From Pseudonocardiaceae bacterium (GTDB lineage: Bacteria; Actinomycetota; Actinomycetes; Mycobacteriales; Pseudonocardiaceae): a stretch of DNA of 37,417 bases. The notes under the pieces were generated by a model. The model did not search any database and was not told the DNA's origin. It saw only the letters and a program-made list of their open reading frames with translations. A program made the translations under genes and the position numbers. The stretch is taken from positions 1 through 37,417 of the forward strand of contig DATBCR010000714.1 of NCBI GenBank assembly GCA_036270375.1, in the 5' to 3' direction. Positions 1-11,838 of this stretch are shown one piece after another (the stretch's first letter is position 1; each line of letters begins with the position of its first letter).

Positions 1-492
1 CTCGTCCAGGAAGATGATCTCGGGCCGGCCGATCAGCGTTATGGCCAGATCCAGCTTCCTGCGCATACCCCCGGAATAGGTCGACGCCATCTTCTGGGCC
101 GATTCGGTCAGGTCGAATCGCTCCAGCAAGTCCGTGACTACCCGCTTGGCTTCGCCGGAGCTCAACCGCTTGAGGTCCGCCATCAGCTGGAGGTTCTCCT
201 GGCCGGTCAGCAGTTCGTCGACCGCCGCGTACTGGCCGGCGAGGCCGATCCGTTGCCGTACCTCGCGTGCCTGTCGCACCACGTCGTAGCCGGCGACGCG
301 TGCGGTGCCGGCGTCCGGCTCAAGCAGCGTGGCCAGGATGCGCACCGTCGTCGTCTTGCCGGCGCCGTTCGGGCCGAGCAGGCCGAGCACCGTGCCCGCG
401 CGGACGGCCAGGTCGACGCCGGCGAGGGCGTCGTGCTTCCGGTAGGACTTGCGCAGGCCCTCGGTCTCGATCGCGTATTCGACGTTTTTCAT
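1..492 (-). CDS. ABC transporter ATP-binding protein (DrrA-like, ABC-2 exporter type); first 164 codons only, gene runs off the left edge
   Basis: Not in the ORF track because it is open at the window edge. My reverse-strand translation from ATG 492 reads [53 protein letters not shown]...[26 protein letters not shown]. It shows Walker A (GPNGAGKTT), the ABC signature (YSGGMRRKL) and Walker B (IIFLDE). Its ATG overlaps the stop of the mbtH-like gene (ATGA). Confidence 0.9.
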   Translation of the reverse strand, partial: MKNVEYAIETEGLRKSYRKHDALAGVDLAVRAGTVLGLLGPNGAGKTTTVRILATLLEPDAGTARVAGYDVVRQAREVRQRIGLAGQYAAVDELLTGQENLQLMADLKRLSSGEAKRVVTDLLERFDLTESAQKMASTYSGGMRRKLDLAITLIGRPEIIFLDE

Positions 493-716
493 GACGTCGC
501 GGCGTTCTGCTGCTCCCGCAGGCTGCGGGGTCGCATGTCAAGCCAGTTCTGCTCCACATAGGACAGTGCGTCCGCCCTGCTGCTCGCCGGCAGCGCCACC
601 CGCCAGCCGGCCGGCACCTCGGCGAACGCCGGCCAGAGCGAGAACTGGTCCTCGTGATTGACGAGCACTACGAACGTCCCGTCCTGGTCGTCGAACGGAT
701 TGGTCACTTCCGCCAC
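489..716 (-). CDS. mbtH: MbtH-like protein (partner of NRPS adenylation domains)
   Basis: 75-aa [36 protein letters not shown]...NWLDMRP is the classical MbtH signature with conserved Trp residues. It has a GTG start. Confidence 0.95.
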   Translation of the reverse strand: MAEVTNPFDDQDGTFVVLVNHEDQFSLWPAFAEVPAGWRVALPASSRADALSYVEQNWLDMRPRSLREQQNAATS

Positions 717-1774
717 GGCACACCTCCGCCATCGCCGTCATCGCCGTCGTCGGCGGATTTCAGCTTCGCGGGCGGGGCTGACGGACCGCTGACAGTGGAC
801 TGAGCCGATCCGCCGGCCACCGCGAGCAGTGCGGGCACCGTGAGCACGACGAGCACCGACCCGACCAGAACACCCACGCCGGCCGCAAGGTCGGCCACCG
901 CCGCGACGCAGCCAGCGCCGGCCGCCGCGATGACGGTGGTCGGTGCCGTCGACAGGACCGCCCATTCGATCGCCGGACCGAGGGCACTGCCGGTCAGCGT
1001 CGCGGCACGCATCCGGCCGGCCAGCAGCAGCACAGGCACCGGCAGCGTGATCAGTCCCGGAATCGTTGCCAGGAAAGGAATCCCGGCGATGCGCAGCGCC
1101 GCGACCGCCACCGCGAGCAGGACCGCTGCCAGCGCGAGCGACGGCGCGGGATGCCGGACCGACAACCGGCCGACGAACGACGCCACACGGTTCGGGCGGG
1201 CGCGGACCGGGCCGCCGTACCAGGCCAACAGCGCCGGAATCACGGTGCCGGCCGCGCACAGTGCGGTGCCGGTGGCGACGAGGGCGGCGAAGGATGCGTT
1301 CAGCCCGGCGAACAGCGCGGCCGGCAGAACGACGACCAGCCCCGCCGCCACCACGATTCCGCCGGTGGTCGAGATCGTGACCCGGCCGGCGTAGCGGCGC
1401 GAGTTGGCCCGCTCGGTGCGGAACCGGCGCAACAGCGCGGCCGCGTACACGATCGCGAGCCCAGCGGCCGCTCCGCCGACCAGTGGGCCGTCGGCCGGAT
1501 GAACGGCGGAGCACAGGCCAGCGGCGGCCACACCGGTACCGGCGGCGACGACGGCCAGGACAACGGCGGCACCGACCGTGCCACACACCAGCAGTGCCGC
1601 CAGCAGCAGCACAGGCGGACCGTCGAGCACGGTGTGGGCACCAAACCCGGTGTGCGGGCCGAAACCGCCGACGACGGTCGCCGCGGCCACACACAGCGTC
1701 CAGACCGCGACGGCCAAGCCGGGGTGGGTCGCGCTCCACATCGGCACCGCGGACAGACGGGACTGGTAGCGCAC
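704..1774 (-). CDS. Polytopic integral membrane protein, family not recognised
   Basis: ORF 704..1870 is Ala/Val/Leu/Gly-rich with many hydrophobic spans and an acidic tail ([10 protein letters not shown]). I chose the GTG at 1774 as start because AAGGAG lies 6 nt upstream; the ATG at 1741 is an alternative. GC3 is high in this frame. The 3' end overlaps the mbtH start by 13 nt. Confidence 0.6.
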   Translation of the reverse strand: MRYQSRLSAVPMWSATHPGLAVAVWTLCVAAATVVGGFGPHTGFGAHTVLDGPPVLLLAALLVCGTVGAAVVLAVVAAGTGVAAAGLCSAVHPADGPLVGGAAAGLAIVYAAALLRRFRTERANSRRYAGRVTISTTGGIVVAAGLVVVLPAALFAGLNASFAALVATGTALCAAGTVIPALLAWYGGPVRARPNRVASFVGRLSVRHPAPSLALAAVLLAVAVAALRIAGIPFLATIPGLITLPVPVLLLAGRMRAATLTGSALGPAIEWAVLSTAPTTVIAAAGAGCVAAVADLAAGVGVLVGSVLVVLTVPALLAVAGGSAQSTVSGPSAPPAKLKSADDGDDGDGGGVPWRK

Positions 1775-1837
1775 AGGTCGCTCCTTCGAGCCGGCAGGGC
1801 GAGCGACGGCCGAACGGACGCCGGACGCCGAGACGGC

Positions 1838-1872
1838 GAGTGGGTGGCACCCGAACCGGATGCCACCCACTC
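1838..1872 (-). terminator. Perfect 12-bp inverted repeat (gagtgggtggca / tgccacccactc, 11-nt loop) just downstream of the histidine kinase stop
   Basis: Read directly from the sequence. It lies in the 112-bp gap between the HK stop (1887) and the membrane-protein start. There is no U-tract, which is common for actinomycete hairpins. Confidence 0.45.
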
Positions 1873-1886
1873 CTGGAAGGGAATCT

Positions 1887-3239
1887 TCAGTACACGGGCG
1901 GGTTCTGCGGTATCAGGCCGCACGGGACGCACACCACGCACAACGTCGGTCCCCCGGGCGGGCTGAGGACGGACAGATAGCCGTCGAACGCGGCCAGCCG
2001 TTCCTCCACCCCACGCAGGCCGGAGCCCCGGCTCGGATCGGCGCCACCGCAGCCGTCGTCGGTGACCTCGATGCGCAGCATGTCGTCGCGGTAGCCGATC
2101 GCCACCCCCACCTTCTGGGCGTGGGCGTGCTTGACCACGTTGTTCAGCAGTTCCGACACCGTGAAGTAGGCGGCGGACTCCACCGGCGGCACCAGCCGGC
2201 CCGGCAGGTCGGACGTGACGTCGATGTGCAGCGGGCAGTCCATGGCCAGTGCCCGCACGGCGTCGGCGATACCGCGGTCGGCCAGCACCGGCGGATGGAT
2301 GCCGCGCACCAGGTCGCGCAGCTCGCTCAGTGCCTTCGCCGAGTTCGCCTTCGCCTCCGTGAGCAGCGCTCTGGCCGCCCCGGGGTTCTTGTCCAGCAGG
2401 CTTTCCGCCGCCGACAGCGTCATGCCCATCGCGACCAGCCGCACCTGCGCGCCGTCGTGCAGGTCGCGCTCGATCCGGCGCAGTTCGGCCGCCTGGGTGT
2501 CCACAACGGACGATCGGGTCTGGGTCAGATGCCGGACCCGGTTGTTCAGCAGTTCGTTCTCGGTCGGGCGCAGCCACTTGCGGGTCAGCTGGAAGTACGA
2601 GCGGACAAGCGACCGGGCGACGAGCGGCGCCGCGATGATCTGCACGACACCGAGGATCGCCGACAGGATCGCGGTGAACTCGCTGTTGAGCGGGATGAAC
2701 CCGTAGAAGCTGTCGTGCCAGATCGCCGCCCGCTGCCGCCAGATGAATGGCATCGCGAGACCGATCACGCCGTCGATCACCAGTGCCGCCGGCACCAGTG
2801 GGATCAGGGCGCCGCTCCACGGGTCGACGATCGTCCACAGCAGCTCGCGCCAGGTGGCGCTGTCGCCGATCAGCCAGTGGGTGCGCCGCCATGCCGCGCC
2901 GAAGCCGGTACCGAAGTCCGGCATCGGCCTGTCGGGCGCCGGAATCGTGACGCCCGACCATTCAAGGGCCAGCCGGCGCTCCACCCGGGCCAGCCCGCGG
3001 ACCGCGCCGAACGCGGACGGTGCCAGCGGGATGCCGATGCCGAGGAAACACAGGCACGCGACCAGCCCCACCCAGAGGGCGAGAAACGCGCCGGAGAGCG
3101 ACAGCGCGAACAACCCGGCACCCCGCATGATGTAGGTGATGCCGTTGCCCGGCCGCCTCGGCTGACCGTTCACCGCCATGTCGCTCCGCTTTCCCGTTCG
3201 GACCGCCGTGCCATTGTTCGTGCTATTGCTCGTCAACAT
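1887..3239 (-). CDS. Sensor histidine kinase, NarL-partner type (HisKA_3 / HATPase_c) with an N-terminal membrane sensor region
   Basis: H-box ELRRIERDLHDGAQVRLVAMG, N-box ELLNNVVKHAHA, G-boxes DDGCGGA and GSGLRGVEERL. N-terminal TM segments (GLFALSLSGAFLALWVGLVACLCFLGIGI). The ATG at 3179 is preceded by GCGGAG and may be the true start; the first 20 codons of the long ORF have poorer GC3. Confidence 0.9.
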   Translation of the reverse strand: MLTSNSTNNGTAVRTGKRSDMAVNGQPRRPGNGITYIMRGAGLFALSLSGAFLALWVGLVACLCFLGIGIPLAPSAFGAVRGLARVERRLALEWSGVTIPAPDRPMPDFGTGFGAAWRRTHWLIGDSATWRELLWTIVDPWSGALIPLVPAALVIDGVIGLAMPFIWRQRAAIWHDSFYGFIPLNSEFTAILSAILGVVQIIAAPLVARSLVRSYFQLTRKWLRPTENELLNNRVRHLTQTRSSVVDTQAAELRRIERDLHDGAQVRLVAMGMTLSAAESLLDKNPGAARALLTEAKANSAKALSELRDLVRGIHPPVLADRGIADAVRALAMDCPLHIDVTSDLPGRLVPPVESAAYFTVSELLNNVVKHAHAQKVGVAIGYRDDMLRIEVTDDGCGGADPSRGSGLRGVEERLAAFDGYLSVLSPPGGPTLCVVCVPCGLIPQNPPVY

Positions 3240-3312
3240 GATTACATCCTGACCGTCGTAGCGGCGGAAATCGGTAGCACCAGTACCCCTGTTTCCGGTG
3301 TCGACATCGTCA

Positions 3313-4149
3313 TCACGTGGCCGCGCGGTAGCGGCGGAAGCTCAACACCGTGGTCACCGACAGCAGGGCGAACAGGGACACCATGGCCACCACGCCGGGC
3401 TGGTGCCCGGTGAACCCGCTCGCCGGCGCGACCGGATCGCCCCACAGCAGGCGGACCTGGTTGGTCACCGAACTGACCGGATTCCACGCCGCGACCGGCC
3501 GCAACCACCCCGGATACTGGCTGACCGCGAGAAACGCGCTGGACAGGAACGAGAACAGCACGACGACCAGGGCACCGACCGAGTCGATCGTCTCCGGACT
3601 ACGGCACACCAGGCCCACCAGGACCCCGACCCACAGCATGACGAAGATGAACGCCGCCAGCACGCCGACACCGGCCAGCACCGGCAGGACGCTCGTATGT
3701 ACGCGCCAGCCGAGCCCGAGGCCGACGGCCAGCACGACAGCGAGCGCGAGCAGCGACAGCACCAGATCCGCCAGCGTGTGGCCGATCAGCACCGCGATCC
3801 GGGAGATCGGCAGCGACCGGAACCGGTCGACCAGTCCGCCGCGCAGGTCAAGTGCCACCGAGATCGCGGTCGGTCCGACGCTCGCGAGTCCGACCTGGGC
3901 CGCGGCCCCGGCCATCAGGTACTCCGGGTACGAGCCGCCGCCCGGCACCACGATCGAGTTCTTGAACAGGTAACCCATCGCGATCATGGTGACCAGCGGG
4001 TTCATGATCACCCCGACCAGCCGGCCGGGGGCGCGGCGCAGGTGGCGCAGCCGCCTGCCGGCGAGGGAAAGGATCTCCGCGCCGGTGACGGCGGGTCCGG
4101 TCGGTAGCGGCTGCCGGGTGGGGTGCATTGAAACGGTTGCTGCGGTCAT
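3313..4149 (-). CDS. ABC-2 type transporter permease (DrrB-like)
   Basis: Six hydrophobic spans, and LDLRGGLVDRFRSLPISR is typical of the ABC-2/DrrB family. ORF 3313..4392 was trimmed to ATG 4149 (AAGGAAG upstream); ATG 4179 is also possible. No ATPase gene directly precedes it. Confidence 0.85.
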   Translation of the reverse strand: MTAATVSMHPTRQPLPTGPAVTGAEILSLAGRRLRHLRRAPGRLVGVIMNPLVTMIAMGYLFKNSIVVPGGGSYPEYLMAGAAAQVGLASVGPTAISVALDLRGGLVDRFRSLPISRIAVLIGHTLADLVLSLLALAVVLAVGLGLGWRVHTSVLPVLAGVGVLAAFIFVMLWVGVLVGLVCRSPETIDSVGALVVVLFSFLSSAFLAVSQYPGWLRPVAAWNPVSSVTNQVRLLWGDPVAPASGFTGHQPGVVAMVSLFALLSVTTVLSFRRYRAAT

Positions 4150-4728
4150 CAGGTCAACTGCTTCCTTTTCGCTGGTCATTGCTGGCCATTGGTTTGGATC
4201 ATTCGCTCTCCGCACCGGCAGTTGCCTGCGGTGCTGGAGTCCTGGTCCGGCAGTCTGGACCGGTGGCGACCTCGTTCCTGGATGATCTGCTTGACCCGCC
4301 AATGCGGGGTGTACAGGCCGATGTCGGGATCGGCGGCTCAATCCAGGACGTTGATCGCTGCGGCCTGGTCGACGTCCCACGCAACCCCGCACAATGTGCG
4401 GTGAAGCCGATCCCCGTCACGAACACCGAGAGTGCTCGTGCCGGGATGACTTGCAAGGCGTAGGCCGCGCTGACCAGCCGCACCACAGAACATCTGCGGT
4501 CCGACACGTCGTGTAGCGCTTGTCCGGTGAGCAACGTGGCGTAGTGGCATCGGTCGGTGTCGCCCATCGACATTCCCCCCAATATCGCACATGTGTTCGA
4601 TTCCAGTTAACGTCGAGGCGTCGACTGTGCGCAAGCAACAGTGATCGAACGAGTGACAACGACACGACCCCATACACGCCCCACAGTGCATATGTTTCGT
4701 CAGGCACAAGTAAGAAAGCACGTCCTGC

Positions 4729-7700
4729 TCACGGCTCCCTGGTCGGCTGAATCTCGTATGTCCGTTGGGAAAGACGGGCCAGGCTCGCACCGACGATCCG
4801 GCCGATCGCGGCCCGCGCGGCGGGATGCAACATGTGGTCGTGGTCGGCCGGGACGTCGTGGCGGACGATCGGCCCGGCAACGTGCGGCACCCAGCGGCGG
4901 ACCCGGTTGGCCGCCTCGCGCTGTGAGATGCCTTCCGTCGCGACGAAGACATCGAGGCCGCCGGGGCGCCGGGCCGGCGTGAACTCCGTGGCCAGGCGGG
5001 TGTACTCGGCCATCGCGGTGAGCAGTCGGGGCAGTCGGGCCGCGTCGACGGCCGCCATGATGCCGCCGCGATCGCGCAGCAGGGCCAGCACGCCGTCCCG
5101 GGTGAGCACCTCGTCGGACAGGCCGGCGCTGTCGAAGCCGACGTTGTCACAGAACTTGGCCAGCAGTTCCCGTTCGGTCGCGACATGCGTTGCGGTGTCC
5201 GGGAAACTGTCGATGGCGGCCACGTAGTCGACCCGCTCCCCCATCGCCGCGAGCAGCGCGGCCATGTCGTGTGCGAGCAGGCCGCCGAACGACCAGCCGA
5301 GCAGGTGGTACGGGCCACTCGGCTGGATTTCCCTGACCAGCCGCACGTATTCGACGGCGAGATCGGCGAGGTCGCCCGCGATCGGGGCGCCGGTGTCGAT
5401 GTGCGGCGACTGGATGCCGTAGATCGGGCGGCGCGGGTCGACGTGCTCACCGAGCCCGAGGTACGGCAGGCTCAGCCCGAGTCCACTGTGGACGCAGAAC
5501 AACGGTGGCAGGTCACCGGTCGGGCGGATCGGCAGCACGGTGGCGAACGGATCGACGTCGACACCGACGCGTTGGCCGCCGACCTCGGCGACCGTGGCGA
5601 GGCCGGCAGGCGTGCGGTGCACGAACAGGTCGGCCACGTCCACCAGCACGCCCGCCCGGGCCGCCCGGTCGACGACCTGCAGCGAGCGGATGCTGTTGCC
5701 ACCGGCGGCGAAGAAGTCGATATCCATGCCAACGCCGGAGATGCCAAGCACGTCCGCGAACACGTCGCACAGGATCCGCTGCACCGCGGTCTCGGGTTGG
5801 CGGGCGTCACGGGTGTCGATCACCGGTGCCGGCAGCCGGCCGCGATCCACCTTGCCGCTGGGGCTGGTCGGAAATTCGGTCAGCCTTACGACGTAAGACG
5901 GCACCATGTAGTGCGGCAGCCTGGCCTCCGCGAACTCACGCACCGAACGGGCCAGTTCGACGGAATCGGACTCGGTGATCACATAGGCGACCAGGGTGTC
6001 GTCGCGAACCGTTGCCGTCGCGGCGATCACGGCGGGATGGGCCGCGATCGTCGACTCGATCTCGCCGAGTTCGATGCGGAAACCACGCAGCTTGACCTGC
6101 TGGTCGGACCGGCCGACGAAGTCCAATTGGCCGTCCGGCAGCCAGCGGACCAGGTCGCCGGTGCGGTAGATCCGGCCACCGGGCGGGCCGAGCGGGTCGG
6201 CAACGAAGCGTTCCGACGTGAGACCTGCCCGGTTCAGGTAACCCCTGGCCAGGCCGCCCGCGACGTACAGTTCGCCGACGACGCCGACCGGCACCGGCCG
6301 CAGCCGCGCGTCCAGCACGGCAACGCGATGTCCGGTCACCGGCCGGCCGATCGGCGGCCGGGCGGCACCGGACAGCGGATCGCTGACCGTCGCCCACACT
6401 GCGGTCTCGGTCGGGCCGTACAGGTTGAGCAGCATGCGACCGGCCGACCAGCGGGCCGCGACCTCCGGCGGGCACGCCTCCCCGGCGACCGCGAGGACGA
6501 GATCGGTCGGCAGGTCGCGGTCGGCCGGCATGGTGCCGAGGACGACCTGTGGCAGCACGGTGTGCGTGACGGCGGCGCGGGTGATCGCGTCGGCCAGCCG
6601 CGCACCGGTGCGGTCGGCGTCGGCCAGCAGCACAAGCGCACCGCCGGTGAACACCGAACCGCACAGCTCCCACACCACGGCGTCGAAAATGGGCGACGCG
6701 AACTGCAGCATCCGGACCGGACGGCCGGTGCCGACGTACGCGGCCATCGCGTGGCCGAGCCCGGCCGCGGCGGAATGCGGGATGACGACACCCTTCGGCC
6801 GGCCGGTCGAGCCGGACGTGTAGATCACGTAGGCGGGGTGGTCCGGTGACAGCGGCGCGGTCCGGTCGGTGTCGGTCAGGTCGGTGGCCAGACCGGTGGT
6901 CGCGTCGGTGTCGTTCGGCGACACCACCGGCAGGCCGGCCGCGTGCAGTCCGGCGGACGTCTCGGGCACGGCGATGCCGCAGACCGGCCGCGCGTCGGCG
7001 AGCACGTAGTCGATCCGGTCCTGCGGCAGCGTCGGGTCGATCGGCAGGAACGCGGCGCCCGCCTTCAGGACAGCGAGCACGGCGACCACGAAGTCCGGCG
7101 TGCGGGGCAGCGCGAGCGCGACGAACGCCTCCGGGCCGACACCCCGCCGCACCAGGACCCTGGCCAGCCGGTTGGCCCGCGCGTCGATGTCGCGGTAGGT
7201 CAGTTCCGCGCCGTCGCACACCACGGCGATGGCGTCCGGCGTGTGCAGCACGTACCGGTCGAACATGCCAGGCAGCGTGTCGCCGACGGGCGTGGCGGTC
7301 GGACCGGCCCATACCCGGGTCACCAGGTTGGTTTCCTGTTCGCTCAACAGGTTCAGCCCGCTGATCCGAGTGTCCACTTCGGTCACGACGGCCCGCAGCA
7401 CGGTGAGCAGCCGACCCGCGATCGACTCGGCCGTGGCATGCGTGAACAGGTCTGTGCTGTACTCCAGCCAGCCGTCAAGGCCCGAGGGTGCGCCGTTGTC
7501 GGTGTGCTCGTCGAACTGGAAATGCAGGTCGCACTTGGCCGACGTGCCGACGATCGGTTCGACGGCGGCGGTGATGCCGGGCAGGTCGAACTCCGGTTGC
7601 CGGTAGTTGCCGAACACCAGCGCCACCTGGAACAGCGCCTCCCGCGCCAGGCTGCGGTCCGGGTTCAACGCCTGGACCACCCGCTCGTACGGCACGTCCT

Positions 7701-10700
7701 GGTGCGCGTACGCGGCGAGATCCGTTTCCCTTGCCCGCCGGACGAGTTCCGCGAACGTCGGGTCGCCGGACGCGTCGACGCGCAGCACGAGCGTGTTCAC
7801 GAACAGGCCGACCATGTCCGCGAGCGCGTTGTCGGTGCGGCCGGCGATCGCGGTGGCCAGCGGGATGTCCGTCGCGCCGGTGAGTTTCGCCAGCAGGGTG
7901 GTGAGCGCGGCCTGGCACACCATGAACAGCGTCGAATCGGCTTTCCTTGCCAGCGCGACGAGATCGCGGTGCAGTTCCGGCGGCACCGCGAAAGCCACCG
8001 AGCCGCCGCGATGGGTGGTGATCGGAGACCTTGGGTGGTCGGTCGGCAGGGCCAGTTCCGGCGGCAGGTCGGCCAGCGCGGTGCGCCAGTAGTCCAACTG
8101 CCGGTTCAGTTCGCTGTCCGGGTCCGCTGGGCTGCCGAGCACCTGGTCGCGGTGCCACATCGTGTAGTCGGCGTAGCGGACCGGCAGCGGCGCCCAGTTC
8201 GGCTCGACGCCGGCCAGCCGCGCCCGGTAGGCCGTGCCGAAGTCACGCATCAGTGGCACGGCGGACCAGCCGTCCGCGACGATGTGGTGCGCGACGACGA
8301 GTAGCACGTGCTCGGTCGGGGCCAGCCGGAACAGCCGTGCCCGCACGGCAAGCCCGTCGGCGAGGTCGAAGTCGCGCACCGTCTCGGCGGCCAGCCGGCC
8401 CGGCAGGTCGGCGGGCGCGACATCGGAAACCGGCAGTTCGACACCGTCGATTTCCAGGACCTGTTGGCGTGGTTCGCCGTCGACGGCCGGGAACACCGTG
8501 CGCATCGCGTCGTGCCGGGCCACCACGTCGGTGAACGCCTGCCGGACGGCGGCGACGTCGAGCTCGCCGGACAGCCGGATCGCAAGCGGCACATGGTAGA
8601 CGCCGTGCGCGGCGCCGAGCCGGTTGACGAACCACAGCCGGATCTGCGCCGGCGACAACGGAACCACGTCGGGCAGGACGCCCAGCCGCAACGCCGGACG
8701 CGGGCCGTCCGCCGCCGCGATCACCCGCGCCAGGCCGGCCGGGGTCGGCGCGCGGAACAGTTCACGGACCGGTAGTTCGACGCCGAACACCGCACGTACG
8801 CGGCTGACCAGCGCCGTACCGAGCAGCGAATGCCCACCGAGGTGGAAGAAGTCGTCGTGCACGCCGACCGACGGCAGCCGCAGCACGTCCGCGAACAGGC
8901 CGCACAGCAACTGTTCGGCGGGCGCTTCGGACTGCTGGGTATCGGCCACCGCGAGATCGGGTTCGGGCAGCGCGTTGCGGTCGGTCTTGCCGCTCGGGGT
9001 CATCGGGAACCGGTCAAGCACCATGATCGTCCCCGGCACCATGTACTCGGGCAGCGCGGCCGACAGGTGCGCGGCCAGCGTCGCGCGGTCCGGCGGGGCG
9101 GCCGGATCGGCCGGCACGACGTAGCCGATCAACCGCACGTCGGCCGGCCCGTACTCGCGGGCGACGACGGCGGCCCGCTGCACGTCCTGGTGCGCGGACA
9201 GCACCGACTCGATCTCGCCGAGTTCGATCCGGAAACCGCGCACCTTCACCTGGTGGTCGGTGCGGCCGAGGAATTCCAGCCCGCCGTCGGACCGCCAGCG
9301 CACGATGTCACCGGTGCGGTACATCCGGGTGCCGGGACCTCCGAACGGGTTGGCGACGAACCGGGTCGACGTCAGGTCGAACCGGTTGAGGTAGCCGCGG
9401 GCGACGCCGACACCGCCGACGTACAGCTCACCGGGCAGTCCCGGCGGGACCGGCCGCAGCGCCGCGTCCAGCACGTAGTGCGTGTAGTTGGCCATCGGGC
9501 CGCCCAGCGACACGCCGATGCGGTCGGCGGTCAGTTCCGTTGCCGTGCACCAGATCGTCGCCTCGGTCGGGCCGTAGACGTTGTACACCTCGCGGGCGCC
9601 CGCGATCAGCGCTTCGGCGAGCGGTTCCGGCAGCGCCTCGCCGCCGGTGATCACCCGCACGGCGGACAGGTCGGCGCCGACGGCGATCAGTGACTGCCAG
9701 CGGCTCGGCGTCGCCTGCACGACGGTCGCGCGGGACGTGCCGATCAGCTCGGCGAGCGCGGCCGCGTCCGTTGCGACGTCGTCGTCCGCCATGACGAGTT
9801 CCGCGCCGACCAGCAGCGGCATGAACAGTTCCGCGTTGGAGATGTCGAAGCCGAACGTGGTCGCGGACACCAGCCGGTCGGATTCGTCAAGGCCGAACCG
9901 GTCGCACATGTCGAGCAGAATGTTGGCCAGCGCGTTGCGCGGCACGACGACGCCCTTGGGCTTGCCGGTCGAGCCGGACGTGTAGATCACGTACGCCGGA
10001 CTGTCCTCTATGGACTCCACTGGCTCGCGCCCGACGGCGTCCGCCAGCACGGCCGGATCGTCCAGCAGGAGTGTCGGTGTGCCGGCAAGACTCGTTTCGG
10101 CCAGCTTCGCCGATGTAGCGCTGTCACTGAGCACCAGCACGGGTGCCGCGTCGGACGCCATCGCGCTGATCCGGTCGACCGGGTGGTGCGGATCGATCGG
10201 CAGGTACGCCGCGCCGCTGGACAAGACCGCGATCGCGGCCACCACCAGGTCGATACCGCGCGGCAGGGCGATCGCGATCAACCGCTCCGCACCGGCACCA
10301 CGGGCCAGCAGGGCGTCGGTCAGCAGGCGCACCCGCGCGTACAGGTCGCGGTAGGTCAGGGTCTCGGCGCCGCAGCGCACCGCGATCGAGTCCGGCGTGC
10401 GCAGGGCTTGGGCGGCCAGCATCGCGGGCACGGACGCCGAACCGAAGTCACGGCCGGTGTCGTTCCAGGTGTCCAGAACGAGTTCGCGGTCCTCCGGCGA
10501 CAGGGCGTCGACCCGGCCGACCGCCACGTTCGGGTCGGTGGCGTACGCGGCAAGCAATCGGTGCAGCCGGTCGGCGATCGCGTCGGCCTGTTCAGGGGTG
10601 AACACGTCCGGCGTGTACTGCACCAGCAGCGTCATCCGGTCGCCGGGCAGCACGGTGAGGCTGAGCGGGTAGCCGGTCGCGGCGCGGACCTCGGAGGAAG

Positions 10701-11808
10701 TCACGCGCAGCCGGTCGCCGATCTTCGCGACGCCTGCGCCGGCCATCGGGTAGCTCTGGAATGTCATGATCGTGTCGAACAGTTCGCCGACGCCCGCTAA
10801 CCGCTGCACGTCGGCGAGGCCGATGTGCTGGTGCGACAACAGGTCCACTTGCTGGTCTCGGACGGCGGCCACGGTGTCGGCGAGGGAGGCGGCCGGGTCG
10901 AGCACGACGCGCACCGGCAGCGTGTTGGCGAAAAGGCCGACCATCGACTCGACGCCGTCCAGGTCCGGCGGCCGGCCGGAGTCGACGGCGCCGAACAGGA
11001 TGTCGCGCTGTCCGGTCAGGCCGGCCAGCAGCATCGCCCAGCACACCCGCAGGACGGAGTTCAGCGTGCTGCCGCCGGCCCGAGCCCGCATACCGATGCG
11101 GGTGGTCAGTTCTTCGGACAGCTCGACCGCGACCGTCGCCGGAACCGTTGGCGGGCCGACGTTTTCGGCGACCCTGGTCGGATCGGTGACATCAGCCAGC
11201 GTCGCCCGCCACGCGGCTTCGGCCGCCGGCACGTCCCGGTCGCGGAGCAGGGCCAGATAGTCGGAGTACGGGCGGATCGGCGTCAGCGCGTCCGGATCGG
11301 CACCGCTGACGTACAGCGCGAGCAGTTCACGCACCACGATCGCCAACGACCAGCCGTCCAGCAGGATGTGATGCACTGTCCACAGTAGACGATATTGGTC
11401 CGGCCCTGTGCGGATCACGGTGGCGCGCACCAGCGGCGGCTGCGCGAGGTCGAAGCGCGCCACCCGGTCGGCGTCGGTGATCCTGGCCAGTTCGGCGGCG
11501 AGTTCGTCGTCGGGCAGCCCGGACAGGTCAACCTCGGCCACGATCGGCGCGACGTCGGCCGGCACCACCTGGACCGGCTGGCCGTTGCGCCGCCGCCGGA
11601 AGCAGGCCCGCAGGGTGGCGTGCCGGCGCAGCAGGCCGGCCGACGCCGTCCGCAGTGCCACGGCGTCCAGCGGACCGACGAGATCCGCGACGAGCTGCAG
11701 CACGTGCGGATCGACGCCGTCGGCCTCGAACTCGGCCCGGAACAACAGGCCCTCCTGCAACGGCGACAACGGCAGGAACTCGCTCGCTCGCTTCGGCTTC
11801 GCCTTCAT
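4729..11808 (-). CDS. NRPS, modules 3-4 with terminal thioesterase: C-A-T-C-A-T-TE
   Basis: First C: [12 protein letters not shown] and HHILLDGWS. First A: [15 protein letters not shown]. First T: [10 protein letters not shown]. Second C: [10 protein letters not shown] and HHIVADGWS. Second A: [15 protein letters not shown]. Second T: [13 protein letters not shown]: GWSFGG. The basic N-terminus (MKAKPKRA) fits a docking acceptor. GAGGAG lies 5 nt before the ATG. Confidence 0.97.
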   Translation of the reverse strand: MKAKPKRASEFLPLSPLQEGLLFRAEFEADGVDPHVLQLVADLVGPLDAVALRTASAGLLRRHATLRACFRRRRNGQPVQVVPADVAPIVAEVDLSGLPDDELAAELARITDADRVARFDLAQPPLVRATVIRTGPDQYRLLWTVHHILLDGWSLAIVVRELLALYVSGADPDALTPIRPYSDYLALLRDRDVPAAEAAWRATLADVTDPTRVAENVGPPTVPATVAVELSEELTTRIGMRARAGGSTLNSVLRVCWAMLLAGLTGQRDILFGAVDSGRPPDLDGVESMVGLFANTLPVRVVLDPAASLADTVAAVRDQQVDLLSHQHIGLADVQRLAGVGELFDTIMTFQSYPMAGAGVAKIGDRLRVTSSEVRAATGYPLSLTVLPGDRMTLLVQYTPDVFTPEQADAIADRLHRLLAAYATDPNVAVGRVDALSPEDRELVLDTWNDTGRDFGSASVPAMLAAQALRTPDSIAVRCGAETLTYRDLYARVRLLTDALLARGAGAERLIAIALPRGIDLVVAAIAVLSSGAAYLPIDPHHPVDRISAMASDAAPVLVLSDSATSAKLAETSLAGTPTLLLDDPAVLADAVGREPVESIEDSPAYVIYTSGSTGKPKGVVVPRNALANILLDMCDRFGLDESDRLVSATTFGFDISNAELFMPLLVGAELVMADDDVATDAAALAELIGTSRATVVQATPSRWQSLIAVGADLSAVRVITGGEALPEPLAEALIAGAREVYNVYGPTEATIWCTATELTADRIGVSLGGPMANYTHYVLDAALRPVPPGLPGELYVGGVGVARGYLNRFDLTSTRFVANPFGGPGTRMYRTGDIVRWRSDGGLEFLGRTDHQVKVRGFRIELGEIESVLSAHQDVQRAAVVAREYGPADVRLIGYVVPADPAAPPDRATLAAHLSAALPEYMVPGTIMVLDRFPMTPSGKTDRNALPEPDLAVADTQQSEAPAEQLLCGLFADVLRLPSVGVHDDFFHLGGHSLLGTALVSRVRAVFGVELPVRELFRAPTPAGLARVIAAADGPRPALRLGVLPDVVPLSPAQIRLWFVNRLGAAHGVYHVPLAIRLSGELDVAAVRQAFTDVVARHDAMRTVFPAVDGEPRQQVLEIDGVELPVSDVAPADLPGRLAAETVRDFDLADGLAVRARLFRLAPTEHVLLVVAHHIVADGWSAVPLMRDFGTAYRARLAGVEPNWAPLPVRYADYTMWHRDQVLGSPADPDSELNRQLDYWRTALADLPPELALPTDHPRSPITTHRGGSVAFAVPPELHRDLVALARKADSTLFMVCQAALTTLLAKLTGATDIPLATAIAGRTDNALADMVGLFVNTLVLRVDASGDPTFAELVRRARETDLAAYAHQDVPYERVVQALNPDRSLAREALFQVALVFGNYRQPEFDLPGITAAVEPIVGTSAKCDLHFQFDEHTDNGAPSGLDGWLEYSTDLFTHATAESIAGRLLTVLRAVVTEVDTRISGLNLLSEQETNLVTRVWAGPTATPVGDTLPGMFDRYVLHTPDAIAVVCDGAELTYRDIDARANRLARVLVRRGVGPEAFVALALPRTPDFVVAVLAVLKAGAAFLPIDPTLPQDRIDYVLADARPVCGIAVPETSAGLHAAGLPVVSPNDTDATTGLATDLTDTDRTAPLSPDHPAYVIYTSGSTGRPKGVVIPHSAAAGLGHAMAAYVGTGRPVRMLQFASPIFDAVVWELCGSVFTGGALVLLADADRTGARLADAITRAAVTHTVLPQVVLGTMPADRDLPTDLVLAVAGEACPPEVAARWSAGRMLLNLYGPTETAVWATVSDPLSGAARPPIGRPVTGHRVAVLDARLRPVPVGVVGELYVAGGLARGYLNRAGLTSERFVADPLGPPGGRIYRTGDLVRWLPDGQLDFVGRSDQQVKLRGFRIELGEIESTIAAHPAVIAATATVRDDTLVAYVITESDSVELARSVREFAEARLPHYMVPSYVVRLTEFPTSPSGKVDRGRLPAPVIDTRDARQPETAVQRILCDVFADVLGISGVGMDIDFFAAGGNSIRSLQVVDRAARAGVLVDVADLFVHRTPAGLATVAEVGGQRVGVDVDPFATVLPIRPTGDLPPLFCVHSGLGLSLPYLGLGEHVDPRRPIYGIQSPHIDTGAPIAGDLADLAVEYVRLVREIQPSGPYHLLGWSFGGLLAHDMAALLAAMGERVDYVAAIDSFPDTATHVATERELLAKFCDNVGFDSAGLSDEVLTRDGVLALLRDRGGIMAAVDAARLPRLLTAMAEYTRLATEFTPARRPGGLDVFVATEGISQREAANRVRRWVPHVAGPIVRHDVPADHDHMLHPAARAAIGRIVGASLARLSQRTYEIQPTREP

Positions 11809-11838
11809 GGATGCTCCTCAGTGCACGAAATCCAGCTA

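Noticed and set aside
253-1980. Many overlapping ORFs on both strands (for example 253..561+, 738..1850-, 1151..1966+, 1300..2961-)
   Set aside because: These are typical high-GC shadow ORFs with Arg/Pro/Gly/Ala-rich translations and no motifs. They overlap genes that have clear family signatures and correct GC3 phase.
4199-4582. 127-aa ORF in the NRPS/permease spacer (MGGMSMGDTDRCHYATLLTGQ...)
   Set aside because: The GC3 signal switches frame midway, no family is recognisable, and the TTG start has no RBS. I treat it as a possible gene remnant, not a gene. A faint resemblance of ...YATLLTGQ to the DrrA C-terminal ...VFLALTGH is too weak to call.
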